A stretch of 32,000 bases of DNA from a cyanobacterium endosymbiont of Braarudosphaera bigelowii (GTDB taxonomy: Bacteria; Cyanobacteriota; Cyanobacteriia; Cyanobacteriales; Microcystaceae). The notes below the pieces were generated by a model. The model made no database searches and was not told where the DNA came from. It worked only from the letters and a program-made list of their open reading frames with translations. Of this stretch, positions 9,252 through 18,876 are shown in pieces; the stretch's first letter is position 1; the number at the start of each line of letters is the position of its first letter. Position numbers and translations under genes: made by a program. The DNA lies in NCBI RefSeq assembly GCF_020885515.1, contig NZ_AP024987.1:1140001-1172000 (forward strand), written 5' to 3'.

Positions 9252-10415
9252 ATGGGTCGTGTTGGGGTTTTATTACTAAACTTGGGTGGACCAGAGCAAT
9301 TAAAAGATGTTCGTCCTTTTCTCTTTAATTTATTTTCTGATCCAGATATTGTGCGCCTACCTTTTCCGTGGCTACAAAAACCTTTGGCTTGGTTTATTTC
9401 TGTTTTAAGAACCAACAAATCTCAAAATAACTATCGTCAAATTGGAGGAGGTTCTCCATTAAGAAAAATAACAGAGGCTCAGGGAAAAGCTCTTGCTAAA
9501 AAATTTGCAGAATGTGGACAAAAAATAGATGTTCACATAGGAATGCGATATTGGTATCCTTTTACAGAAGAAGCTATCAATGATATTAAGCATGATTGTC
9601 CGGATAAATTAGTGATTCTCCCTTTGTATCCACAATTCTCAATAAGTACAAGCGGTTCTAGTTTTCGCATCCTTGAAAAAATATGGCAAACCGATCCTGT
9701 ATTAAGGCAAATTGAATATACTTTAATACCTTCTTGGTATGATAACCCGAATTACTTGAAAGCTATGGCTGACTTAATTATCAAAGAATTGAATAAGTGC
9801 TCTAATCCGGAACAAGTACATATATTCTTTAGTGCTCATGGTGTACCACAAAGCTATGTAGAGGAAGCTGGAGATCCTTACCAAGCAGAAATTGAAGCTT
9901 GTACTCATTTGTTAATGAGTACAATTAATCGTTCAAATGCTTATACATTAGCCTATCAAAGCAAAGTTGGTCCAGTAGAATGGTTAAAACCATATGCTGA
10001 AGATGCTCTCCAAGCATTGGGAAAGCAAGGGATAAAAGACTTACTAGTAGTTCCTATCAGTTTTGTTTCTGAACATATTGAAACTCTTCAAGAAATTGAC
10101 ATTGAATATCGTGAAGCTGCTGAAAAAGCGGGGATTTATAATTTCTCTAGAGTTCCAGCCTTAAATACTCATCCCATTTTTATAGATGCTTTAGCAGAAT
10201 TAGTTATTCATTCTTTAGAAAAGCCCCCAGTTACTTTTAAATGTATAACTCATCCAAGGGAAAATATAGTAATATATCCTAAAAAATCTTGGCAATGGGG
10301 TATAACAAATACTGCAGAGATATGGAATGGTAGATTAGCTATGTTAGGATTTATTGGTCTTTTGGTTGAATTAATAAGTGGACATGGTATCTTGCATTAT
10401 CTAAAAATATTATAG
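9252..10415 (+). CDS. hemH: Ferrochelatase with C-terminal HLIP/CAB-like transmembrane tail
   Basis: [51 protein letters not shown], and the C-terminal [24 protein letters not shown] motif. Confidence 0.95.
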   Translation: MGRVGVLLLNLGGPEQLKDVRPFLFNLFSDPDIVRLPFPWLQKPLAWFISVLRTNKSQNNYRQIGGGSPLRKITEAQGKALAKKFAECGQKIDVHIGMRYWYPFTEEAINDIKHDCPDKLVILPLYPQFSISTSGSSFRILEKIWQTDPVLRQIEYTLIPSWYDNPNYLKAMADLIIKELNKCSNPEQVHIFFSAHGVPQSYVEEAGDPYQAEIEACTHLLMSTINRSNAYTLAYQSKVGPVEWLKPYAEDALQALGKQGIKDLLVVPISFVSEHIETLQEIDIEYREAAEKAGIYNFSRVPALNTHPIFIDALAELVIHSLEKPPVTFKCITHPRENIVIYPKKSWQWGITNTAEIWNGRLAMLGFIGLLVELISGHGILHYLKIL

Positions 10416-10497
10416 AAAAATATACTATCTATTGCCTATTCTCTAGTTAAGTCAATAATACAAATCGTTTTCTTTTATTACTCTTATATTTCCATAA

Positions 10498-11385
10498 CTA
10501 ATATATATTGTTTGTAATTATTCCTGCTAGGAGTATCAACCCTAGATATACATTTTCTTTAAAAATTTGTTCATATACTTCTTGTGAAACATCTGGAGAT
10601 CTTAAGAGAATGCATTGCTTAAACCACATTCCTGAAGCTATAGTCCATGCTACCCAGAAGCAAAAATTTAGTTTCATAATTATTGCTAAATAAGCCCAAA
10701 GAAGTGCTGTCAAAGCAAAAATATAAGTTATTACACTTTCTACATATCGACCAAAAAATAGAGCGCTGGAATTGATGCCAATTTTTCTATCATCTTCTCT
10801 ATCAGACATTGCGTAAACTGTATCAAAACCTAATGTCCAGCAAACAGTTATTCCCCATAAAATAAAAGTATGAAATTCAAGTTTTTGAGTTACTGCAGTC
10901 CAGCTAATGAGAACTGCAAATCCCCAAGATAAAGATAAAATCAACTGAGGAATTGGAAAAAATTTTTTTGCCAAAGGATAGCAAACAATGAATGGTACGG
11001 CCAAGATACATAACCAGAAACTTAAAGTATTTAAATAAAGAGATAAAACTAGTGCACATGTTAAAGAAATAAAAGCAGTTACAATACCAACTTTAATAGA
11101 TAAAGTACGTGATGCAAGAGGACGATTTTTAGTTCTCTTTACTTGAGGATCAATATTTCTATCCCAAAGATCATTAATAACGCAACCTGCTGAACTAGTA
11201 GATAAAGATCCTAGTATGATAATTAGGATCAAAGATGGTGGAGGAAAATCACGTGATGCCAAAAAGACTGCCCATAGGGCAGGAATCATTAAAATTAATC
11301 TTCCTGTAGGCTTATTCCACCTTAATAGCTGAATAATAGCTAACCAAGTAGATTTTGTTGTAAGCAAAAATTGAGGATTTGACAT
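10498..11385 (-). CDS. ubiA: UbiA-family 4-hydroxybenzoate polyprenyltransferase, probably plastoquinone biosynthesis
   Basis: RWNKPTGRLILMIPALWAVFLASR, SAGCVINDLWDRNIDPQVKRTKNRPLASRTL, YAMSDREDDRKIGINSSALFFG. Confidence 0.9.
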   Translation of the reverse strand: MSNPQFLLTTKSTWLAIIQLLRWNKPTGRLILMIPALWAVFLASRDFPPPSLILIIILGSLSTSSAGCVINDLWDRNIDPQVKRTKNRPLASRTLSIKVGIVTAFISLTCALVLSLYLNTLSFWLCILAVPFIVCYPLAKKFFPIPQLILSLSWGFAVLISWTAVTQKLEFHTFILWGITVCWTLGFDTVYAMSDREDDRKIGINSSALFFGRYVESVITYIFALTALLWAYLAIIMKLNFCFWVAWTIASGMWFKQCILLRSPDVSQEVYEQIFKENVYLGLILLAGIITNNIY

Positions 11386-11797
11386 ATTATTGAAATCTGA
11401 TGCTATTATTTTTTATGGAAATTATTATAAATATAAATCAAAAATTAAAATATAGGAAAATAGTTTTTTACATCTAAAAAATAATTTTATCTTGATAAAA
11501 TACAAAATCTTTTTAGGTTAATATTATTTACAAGTTCTTTATTTTGATAAAGATTGGCAAAATCAAATGGTTTCTTTCGAAGAAGATGATTTTTAAAAAT
11601 ATAAATACCACTATATAAGACACTAAATTTAACAAGATCTTAATCTAAATTATTAATGTGATATCTACGATATTAATAATAATTCATTATCTGTTTTTTT
11701 CAAGAATATATTAATATATGCTTAATTGATTTGTAATTTGTTGTACTTGAATTAAAAAAGTCCTAATAAAAAATAAGTGTTTATCAAATGAGTTAAG

Positions 11798-14239
11798 ATG
11801 ATCTCTAAAAGTTCTTATTGGGTTTGTTTAGACAAGGCCTTGTCAATTGAGGTAGAAAGAGGATTTATTAATACACAAGGTGAGCAGTATCAGTTTAGTG
11901 AATATTTATGCCTCAACTTTGGCGAACTACCACCTATTAAAACATCTAATAACCAAAGACAACGCTGGCTAAAATTTGCTTCACAATATGCTATTTATCC
12001 TAAATTAACTTTATCTCAAAGAAGGCAGTTAATTGTTCAAACTCGTCAGTTCTTACATAATCTGAAACAAGATTTTAAGATACCTGTCAAACACCCCCAT
12101 CCCAAACAACCCAAAACAAGTAATTTAATTGATATAAAATCTATATTACGTTACGAGCTCAATTTAGAACAACATTTAAGTACTGTAAAAGAAATAAGTT
12201 TTCGAAAAATAGGATTATTACAAAAAATAGGATTAGATACAGTCAGAGATCTATTATTTTATTATCCTAGAGACTATATTAACTATGCTCGCCAAGTAAC
12301 AATTTCAAATATCAAAGAAGGAGAAACTGTCACCATAGTTGGAAGAGTGAAAAAATGTAATTTTTTTACTAGTTCTAAAAATAAAAAATTGAGTATTTTA
12401 GAATTAGTTTTGCAAGACCATACAGGAGAAATAAGATTAAATAGATTTTTTTCAGGTAATAGGTTTACTAATAAAGGATGGCAGGAAAAACAAAAAAAAA
12501 ATTATATTCGGTCTACAATCATAGCAGTATCTGGATTAGTTAAACAAAATCGTTATGGCTTAACTTTAGATAATCCGGAAATGGAAATCTTAGATAATTT
12601 TAATACAAGTATTGAATCTTTGAATATAGCCCGTATTTTACCTGTATATTCTTTGACAGAAGGAATCGATAATAGTTTTTTTCGTAAAATTATTATTATT
12701 AATTTAAAATCTGCTCAAACAATATTAGATCCTTTACCAATATCACTTAAGAGTAAATATGATTTAATGGACTTAAAGGATGCTCTAATTAATATTCATT
12801 TTCCAAAAAGTCTGGATTTTTTAGAACGTGCAAGACGACGCTTAATATTTGATGATTTCTTTTATTTACAGTTAGGGTTTTTAAAACGTCGACAAGAAAG
12901 AAAAAGATTACAAAATATTAATTCTTTTACACCTAATAAATATCTTACTCATCAATTTAATAAAGTTTTACCTTTTCAACTAACAAAATCTCAAAAAAGG
13001 GTAATTAATGAAATAATTAAAGATCTAGAATCATTACAATCAATGAATCGTCTTTTACAAGGAGATGTTGGGTCAGGAAAAACTATTGTTGCAATTTTTG
13101 CGATATTGACTGTTGTAGAGTCTGGATATCAGGTTGCTTTAATGGCTCCAACAGAGGTTTTGGCAGAACAGCATTATAAAAAAATAATATTGTACTTTAA
13201 TCAATTATGTCTATCTGCTGAATTATTAACAGGATCTACAAAAAAATCTAAAAGACATGAGATTTATCGTCAATTAATTACAGGTGAATTACCATTGCTT
13301 GTAGGAACTCATGCGTTAATACAAGAGCAAATAAAATTCAAGAAACTAGGCCTTGTTGTTATTGATGAGCAACATAAGTTTGGCGTAGAACAACGAAATA
13401 AACTTCTAAATAAAGGTAAATATCCTCATGTTTTAAGTATGACAGCAACTCCTATTCCACGTACTCTTGCTTTAACCTTGCATGGAGACTTAGATATAAG
13501 TCAAATTGACGAATTGCCTCCTGAAAGAAAAGCTATAGAAACTAAAGTTTTAATAGGAAGTCAAAAACAGAGAGCTTATGACCTAATAAAAAAAGAAGTT
13601 AGTCAAGGAAGACAAGCTTATATAGTTTTTCCCATGATTGAAGAATCTGAAAAATTAGATATAAAAGCTGCAATAGAAGAACATAAAAAACTTTCAGAAG
13701 AAATTTTTCCTATCTTTAATATTGGCTTATTGCATGGAAGAATAAATCCTTTGGAAAAAAATAAAGTTTTAAATGATTTTCGTGAAAATAGGTATCAAAT
13801 CATGGTTTCAACAACCGTTATAGAGGTCGGAGTCGATATCCCCAATGCAACAGTAATGTTAATTGAAAATGCAGAAAGATTTGGATTATCTCAGTTACAT
13901 CAATTGAGAGGAAGAGTTGGTAGAAGTAGTTTTAAATCTTATTGCTTTTTAATTACTAGCAGTAAAACTCCTAATATATTACAGAAATTAGGCGTATTAG
14001 AACAGTCTCAAGACGGTTTTTTTATATCAGAAATGGATTTAAAACTTCGTGGGCCAGGAACTATTTTAGGAACTCGTCAATCTGGATTACCAGATTTTGC
14101 CTTAGCAAGCTTAACAGACAATAAAGAAATTCTTGAATTATCAAAATTAATAGCTGAAAGAATAATATTATCAGACGTCAAACTAAATAGTTTTCCACTT
14201 TTAAAAGGAGAATTAGAATACCGAAGTATTAGACTATAA
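11798..14239 (+). CDS. recG: ATP-dependent DNA helicase RecG
   Basis: LLQGDVGSGKTIVA, MAPTEVLAEQHY, VIDEQHKFGVEQR, MTATPIPRTLALTLHGDLDIS, QLRGRVGRSSFKSYC. Confidence 0.95.
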   Translation: MISKSSYWVCLDKALSIEVERGFINTQGEQYQFSEYLCLNFGELPPIKTSNNQRQRWLKFASQYAIYPKLTLSQRRQLIVQTRQFLHNLKQDFKIPVKHPHPKQPKTSNLIDIKSILRYELNLEQHLSTVKEISFRKIGLLQKIGLDTVRDLLFYYPRDYINYARQVTISNIKEGETVTIVGRVKKCNFFTSSKNKKLSILELVLQDHTGEIRLNRFFSGNRFTNKGWQEKQKKNYIRSTIIAVSGLVKQNRYGLTLDNPEMEILDNFNTSIESLNIARILPVYSLTEGIDNSFFRKIIIINLKSAQTILDPLPISLKSKYDLMDLKDALINIHFPKSLDFLERARRRLIFDDFFYLQLGFLKRRQERKRLQNINSFTPNKYLTHQFNKVLPFQLTKSQKRVINEIIKDLESLQSMNRLLQGDVGSGKTIVAIFAILTVVESGYQVALMAPTEVLAEQHYKKIILYFNQLCLSAELLTGSTKKSKRHEIYRQLITGELPLLVGTHALIQEQIKFKKLGLVVIDEQHKFGVEQRNKLLNKGKYPHVLSMTATPIPRTLALTLHGDLDISQIDELPPERKAIETKVLIGSQKQRAYDLIKKEVSQGRQAYIVFPMIEESEKLDIKAAIEEHKKLSEEIFPIFNIGLLHGRINPLEKNKVLNDFRENRYQIMVSTTVIEVGVDIPNATVMLIENAERFGLSQLHQLRGRVGRSSFKSYCFLITSSKTPNILQKLGVLEQSQDGFFISEMDLKLRGPGTILGTRQSGLPDFALASLTDNKEILELSKLIAERIILSDVKLNSFPLLKGELEYRSIRL

Positions 14240-14621
14240 AGAATACTTAGTCTATAGGTAATTATAGCTATCTAACTAGCTCATTTTGCAAAATATCTAA
14301 AGTCAATAGAAACTAAAAAACTTTTGTAAATTAAGGATAGTTTTCATTAAAATTATTTTTAATTTTAATCAGAATACGACCTAGCTTAATCTTTCCTACG
14401 ACTAATATTTTTTGTTTTTTTTGACAATACTATAAGAGCTAGCCAACATTTAAATATACTTTATGCTAGCATTTGAAAAAAGTTTTCATATATGTTTTGT
14501 TTAACCTTTGTTAATATAAATTTTATATTTGTCAAATAAACTTTTTTAAAAGCAAAACTATAATTATTTTCAATTTTAAGTTTGAATGTTTTGAGGCAAG
14601 AGTAGAGGATAAAATAAAATT

Positions 14622-15722
14622 ATGATTATGAGTACAACAAGTGATGTTATTGTCATTGGTGGTGGCATCATTGGGATGTCTATCGCGATTGATCTTAAGT
14701 TACAAGGTATATCTGTTACTGTATGTAATAAAAATTTTCCTCAATCAGCTTCCCCTGCAGCAGCAGGGATGTTAGCTCCTTATGCTGAAAAGTTATTGCC
14801 AGGCCCTTTACTAGATCTGTGCTTAAAATCTCGCTGGTTGTATCCTAACTGGATACAAAAAATCCAAAATTTTACTAATTTAGATTTACGATATGAACAT
14901 TGCGGGTCACTCGCTCCAGTTTATGATATCTCTCAAAACAGAGTCTCCCAAAACTCTGTAGGTCAATGGTTAGACGAAAAAAGTATCCATCTCTATCAAC
15001 CAGGATTAGGAAGTGATGTAAAAGGTGGCTGGTTATATCCTGACGATGGACAAGTAGATAACCGACAATTGCTACATGGTATTTATCAGGTAGCTAGAAC
15101 TTTAGGAGTTGATATTAAGAATGAGGTAGCTGTTCATAGTTTGCTTAGCAAGCGAAACAAAATTATTGGAATATCTACAAATAAAGGTAAGTTTGAAGCT
15201 AGTACTTATATCGTAGCAGGTGGAGCATGGATTAATAAATTCTTAATCGTGCCTGTTCGTCCTCTTAAAGGACAAATGCTTGCTGTAAAGATACCTAAAC
15301 AATATCTTTTACAAAAAATATTATACGGGACGCAAGTATATCTAGTACCACGTAAGAATAGAAACTTAATTATCGGAGCTACCTCAGAAGATATAGGATG
15401 GACATCTGGTAACTCGTCTAAAGGAATAGAAAAACTAATTAAAGAATCAATAAAACTTTTTCCAGATATAGTTAATTGGCCAATTCAAGAATTTTGGTGG
15501 GGATATCGTCCCGTAACTCCTGATAAATTACCTATTTTGGGCTATTATAATTATGATAATCTAATTGTTGCTACAGGACATTATCGGAATGGAATTCTCC
15601 TTGCTCCTATAACAGCTTCTTTGATTTCAGAGTTAGTAATTAACAAAAGAAATGATCCACTTCTGAGAAATTTTAGTGGTGATCGATTTAAGAATGAATC
15701 TTTTTCTCTCCAACATTTATGA
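14622..15722 (+). CDS. thiO: Glycine oxidase ThiO
   Basis: FAD-binding [21 protein letters not shown] and [15 protein letters not shown]; adjacent to thiG; C-terminal [14 protein letters not shown] typical of ThiO. Confidence 0.92.
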   Translation: MIMSTTSDVIVIGGGIIGMSIAIDLKLQGISVTVCNKNFPQSASPAAAGMLAPYAEKLLPGPLLDLCLKSRWLYPNWIQKIQNFTNLDLRYEHCGSLAPVYDISQNRVSQNSVGQWLDEKSIHLYQPGLGSDVKGGWLYPDDGQVDNRQLLHGIYQVARTLGVDIKNEVAVHSLLSKRNKIIGISTNKGKFEASTYIVAGGAWINKFLIVPVRPLKGQMLAVKIPKQYLLQKILYGTQVYLVPRKNRNLIIGATSEDIGWTSGNSSKGIEKLIKESIKLFPDIVNWPIQEFWWGYRPVTPDKLPILGYYNYDNLIVATGHYRNGILLAPITASLISELVINKRNDPLLRNFSGDRFKNESFSLQHL

Positions 15723-16567
15723 CTTTTCCTAAATCTATTAATGCTACCGTTTATAGTAAAAACACTTTGCCTTCTGATGAACTAATTATAGCTAATCGTA
15801 AATTTAGTTCACGTTTAATGACAGGAACAGGCAAGTATTCTAGTATTCCCCTTATGCAAAAATGTATAGTAGCTAGTAACTGCGAAATTGTGACAGTTGC
15901 AGTCAGAAGAGTACAGACTGAAGCTCCTGGTCATAAAGGACTCGCAGAATCCATAGATTGGACGAAGATATGGATGTTACCAAATACAGCAGGTTGTAAA
16001 ACAGGAGATGAAGCTATTAGAGTCGCAAGATTGGGTAGGGAAATGGCTAAGCTACTAGGTCAGGAGGATAACAACTTTGTTAAATTGGAAGTTATACCTG
16101 ATCCTAAGTATTTATTGCCTGATCCCATTGAAACTTTAAATGCAGCCATACAGTTAGTTAAAGAAGGGTTTGCTGTACTGCCGTATATTAATGCTGATCC
16201 TATTTTGGCGAAACGACTAGAGGAAATAGGGTGTGTTACTCTTATGCCTTTAGGATCACCAATAGGTTCAGGGCAAGGTATTCGGAATCAGGCTAATATA
16301 TCAATCATAGTGGCAGAAGCCAATATACCTGTCATTATAGATGCTGGGATAGGATCTCCTAGCCAAGCATCTCAGGCCATGGAAATGGGTGCCGATGCTG
16401 TTCTTGTCAATAGTGCGATCGCACTGTCTCAAGATCCTTTATATATGGCTGAAGCTATGGGACTAGCAACAAGAGCAGGGAGATTAGCTTACTTAGGAGG
16501 ACGTATGCCTATAAAATATTATGCAGAAGCTAGTTCTCCTTTAACTGGTACAATTACTTCAATCTAA
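15719..16567 (+). CDS. thiG: Thiazole synthase ThiG
   Basis: [57 protein letters not shown]. Overlaps thiO by 4 nt (ATGA). Confidence 0.95.
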   Translation: MTFPKSINATVYSKNTLPSDELIIANRKFSSRLMTGTGKYSSIPLMQKCIVASNCEIVTVAVRRVQTEAPGHKGLAESIDWTKIWMLPNTAGCKTGDEAIRVARLGREMAKLLGQEDNNFVKLEVIPDPKYLLPDPIETLNAAIQLVKEGFAVLPYINADPILAKRLEEIGCVTLMPLGSPIGSGQGIRNQANISIIVAEANIPVIIDAGIGSPSQASQAMEMGADAVLVNSAIALSQDPLYMAEAMGLATRAGRLAYLGGRMPIKYYAEASSPLTGTITSI

Positions 16568-16626
16568 CCATAACTTTAATTTAAAGAATCTATCTATAAT
16601 AAATTTCTGATTGTCAAATAATTAGA

Positions 16627-17862
16627 TTATGGCTCTATCCAGCGTCCATCTTCTTTAATTAATTTAATTAGCTCTTCTACACCTTTATCTTCTGGTACCT
16701 TTTTAATTTCTTCTTGCCCACGATATAAAGATATATATCCAGCTTGTTTTCCCACATATCCATAATCTGCATCAGCCATCTCTCCAGGACCATTTACAAT
16801 GCAACCCATTACAGCAATATCTAAGCCCGTAAGATGTTGGGTTGCATTACGTACTTTATGTAGAACATTTTCCAAGTTAAATAAAGTACGACCACAAGAT
16901 GGACAAGCAATATACTCTACCATAGTCTTACGTAATCCCAATGATTGGAGAATACCGTAGCAAACAGGAATTTCTTTCTCAGGAGACTCAGTTAAAGATA
17001 CACGAAGAGTATCTCCTATTGACTCTGCTAAAAGTGTTGCTATACCAGCAGTTGATTTAATGCGACCATACTCTCCATCACCAGCTTCTGTGACTCCTAA
17101 ATGCAATGGATAATCCATACCTAGTTCATTCATGCGCTGAACCATTAATCGATAAGCTGCTAACATAGTAGGTACTCGAGATGCTTTCAAGGAAACTACT
17201 ATATTGTAGAATTCTAAGGATTCACAAATACGAATAAATTCTAGCGCAGATTCAACCATGCCTAAAGGAGTATCACCATAAGTAAATAGCATTCTTTCTG
17301 CTAAAGATCCATGGTTAACACCAATTCTCATGGCTTTCCCTTGATCTCTTAATGAGATAATTAGAGGCTCTAAAGTTTTTCGTATTTTTTCCCCAATTTC
17401 TTCAAATTCCTTTTGACTATAGCCATCACGATCTATATTGTGTTTTTCGAATACATATAGTCCTGGATTAATTCGAACTTTATCAACATGTTTGGCTACT
17501 TCTAAAGCTATCTTTAAACCATTATGATGTACATCGGCAACTAAAGGTACAGGTTGATAAACTTGACTTAGTCTTTGTTTAATTTCCGCTAATGCTCTAG
17601 CATGAGCCATGCTAGGTACTGTAACCCTGACAATTTCACAACCAATCTCATGTAACTTACGGATAGCATTAACAGAACTTTCAACATCAAGCGTATCTTC
17701 ATTTATCATCGACTGTACAACAATGGGGAAACCTCCTCCAATAGTTATGTTCCCGACTTTAACTGGACGAGTCTGGCGACGATGAATTGTAGTATCAATT
17801 TCTTGTTTAGAAACATTTTCGATGATTTTAGAGGTTTCTAAAGTATCCATAGTTAATAACAT
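16627..17862 (-). CDS. ispG: 4-hydroxy-3-methylbut-2-enyl diphosphate synthase
   Basis: [73 protein letters not shown]. Confidence 0.95.
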   Translation of the reverse strand: MLLTMDTLETSKIIENVSKQEIDTTIHRRQTRPVKVGNITIGGGFPIVVQSMINEDTLDVESSVNAIRKLHEIGCEIVRVTVPSMAHARALAEIKQRLSQVYQPVPLVADVHHNGLKIALEVAKHVDKVRINPGLYVFEKHNIDRDGYSQKEFEEIGEKIRKTLEPLIISLRDQGKAMRIGVNHGSLAERMLFTYGDTPLGMVESALEFIRICESLEFYNIVVSLKASRVPTMLAAYRLMVQRMNELGMDYPLHLGVTEAGDGEYGRIKSTAGIATLLAESIGDTLRVSLTESPEKEIPVCYGILQSLGLRKTMVEYIACPSCGRTLFNLENVLHKVRNATQHLTGLDIAVMGCIVNGPGEMADADYGYVGKQAGYISLYRGQEEIKKVPEDKGVEELIKLIKEDGRWIEP

Positions 17863-18066
17863 TTAACGTACTAAATAATAATAAAGCAAAAGTAATATGC
17901 ACTTAGATATTGCATATATTTTAACCTAGCTATTTTATAAAAAGAAATATTAGCCTTGATCATCCTATCCGATTAATAGTTAATCTGTTGTAACTCAATA
18001 TTAAATTAATATAAAAATTATTTCTATAGCTAAGCTGCTTACATAAAGTTATAAAAACAAAACGAA

Positions 18067-18153
18067 CGGAGAGGGAGGGATTCGAACCCTCGATAGGCGT
18101 TAACCTATAACTTCTTAGCAGGAAGCCGCTTTCAACCGCTCAGCCACCTCTCC
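18067..18153 (-). tRNA. tRNA-Ser (anticodon GCU)
   Basis: Reverse complement GGAGAGGTGGCTGAGCGGTTGAAAGCGGCTTCCTGCTAAGAAG...GGGTTCGAATCCCTCCCTCTCCG. Acceptor stem GGAGAGG/CCTCTCC; CCA not encoded. Confidence 0.95.
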
Positions 18154-18306
18154 AGGATACAATAATCAATGATAGCAGATAAATAGTTTTTTAGGGTAAT
18201 ATTTTGATAATGTATTTTCTTATTTTTTTTTTTATTAAGTATTACAACATCATTATAGGACCCAGCCTCTTCACCTTTTACGATTAAAGAGTATAGTTAT
18301 TTTTTC

Positions 18307-18313
18307 AGGGGGA
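18307..18313 (+). promoter_or_regulatory. Strong Shine-Dalgarno for psaK
   Basis: AGGGGGA seven nt before ATG at 18320. Confidence 0.6.
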
Positions 18314-18319
18314 CAAGTT

Positions 18320-18586
18320 ATGTATTCTACTCTTATGCTAGTAGCTACAATTCCTACTACTGTGGAATGGAGTCCAAAAGTAGCATCTATAATGATTGCT
18401 TGTAATATTTTAGCCATAGTAATAACTAAGTTAGTTATTGGTGAATCTAGTAAAGAAACACGTTTACCTCAATTTTCAGAAATGTTTGGTCATCTTAATA
18501 TTGGTGCAATATTAGGAGCAACGAGTCTTGGCCATATTATAGGCGTAGGAATGATTTTAGGTATTGCTAGTACAGGCATGTTATAG
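18320..18586 (+). CDS. psaK: Photosystem I reaction center subunit PsaK
   Basis: 88 aa, two hydrophobic segments; VEWSPKVASIMIACNILAIVI and LNIGAILGATSLGHIIGVGMILGI resemble cyanobacterial PsaK. Confidence 0.92.
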   Translation: MYSTLMLVATIPTTVEWSPKVASIMIACNILAIVITKLVIGESSKETRLPQFSEMFGHLNIGAILGATSLGHIIGVGMILGIASTGML

Positions 18587-18618
18587 AGATAAAAACCTCT
18601 AATAACTGACATAATACT

Positions 18619-18665
18619 AAGGGTGATATGGTTAAAAAGCTATTTTTAACCATATCACCCTTTTA
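18619..18665 (+). terminator. Hairpin terminator downstream of psaK
   Basis: AAGGGTGATATGGTTAAAAA (18619-18638), loop GCTA, TTTTTAACCATATCACCCTT (18643-18662): 20-bp perfect stem starting 32 nt after the stop codon, with a short T run. Confidence 0.8.
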
Positions 18666-18772
18666 ATAAGTTTTAAACAAAAATATTTTTCTTGTTTAAG
18701 TTCTACATATCAATAAGAAGTCTAGTAAATATAAAATAGCTACTAAATAACTATTTTTTACCAATAAATACC

Positions 18773-18808
18773 ATTTACAGTTTTATTGTATACAATAAAA
18801 CTGTAAAT
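18773..18808. repeat. 36-bp perfect palindrome
   Basis: ATTTACAGTTTTATTGTATACAATAAAACTGTAAAT is its own reverse complement. Confidence 0.9.
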
Positions 18809-18850
18809 AAAATAGATAGCATATATTTATGCTATCTATTTTATTTACAG
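18801..18850. repeat. Perfect inverted repeat (23-bp arms, 4-nt loop) overlapping the preceding palindrome
   Basis: CTGTAAATAAAATAGATAGCATA (18801-18823), TATT, TATGCTATCTATTTTATTTACAG (18828-18850). Confidence 0.9.
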
Positions 18851-18876
18851 CTGAAGATTTACAATAATGCTATAGA

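Noticed and set aside
9221-9418. 65-aa minus-strand ORF
   Set aside because: Antisense to the well-supported hemH N-terminus, with no recognisable domain.
10508-10693. 61-aa plus-strand ORF
   Set aside because: Antisense to the ubiA-like gene; no domain features.
14240-14621. Possible TPP (THI-box) riboswitch upstream of thiO
   Set aside because: The conserved CTGAGA and downstream ACC...CTGAT-type blocks were not visible in this AT-rich spacer; Infernal would be needed to be certain.
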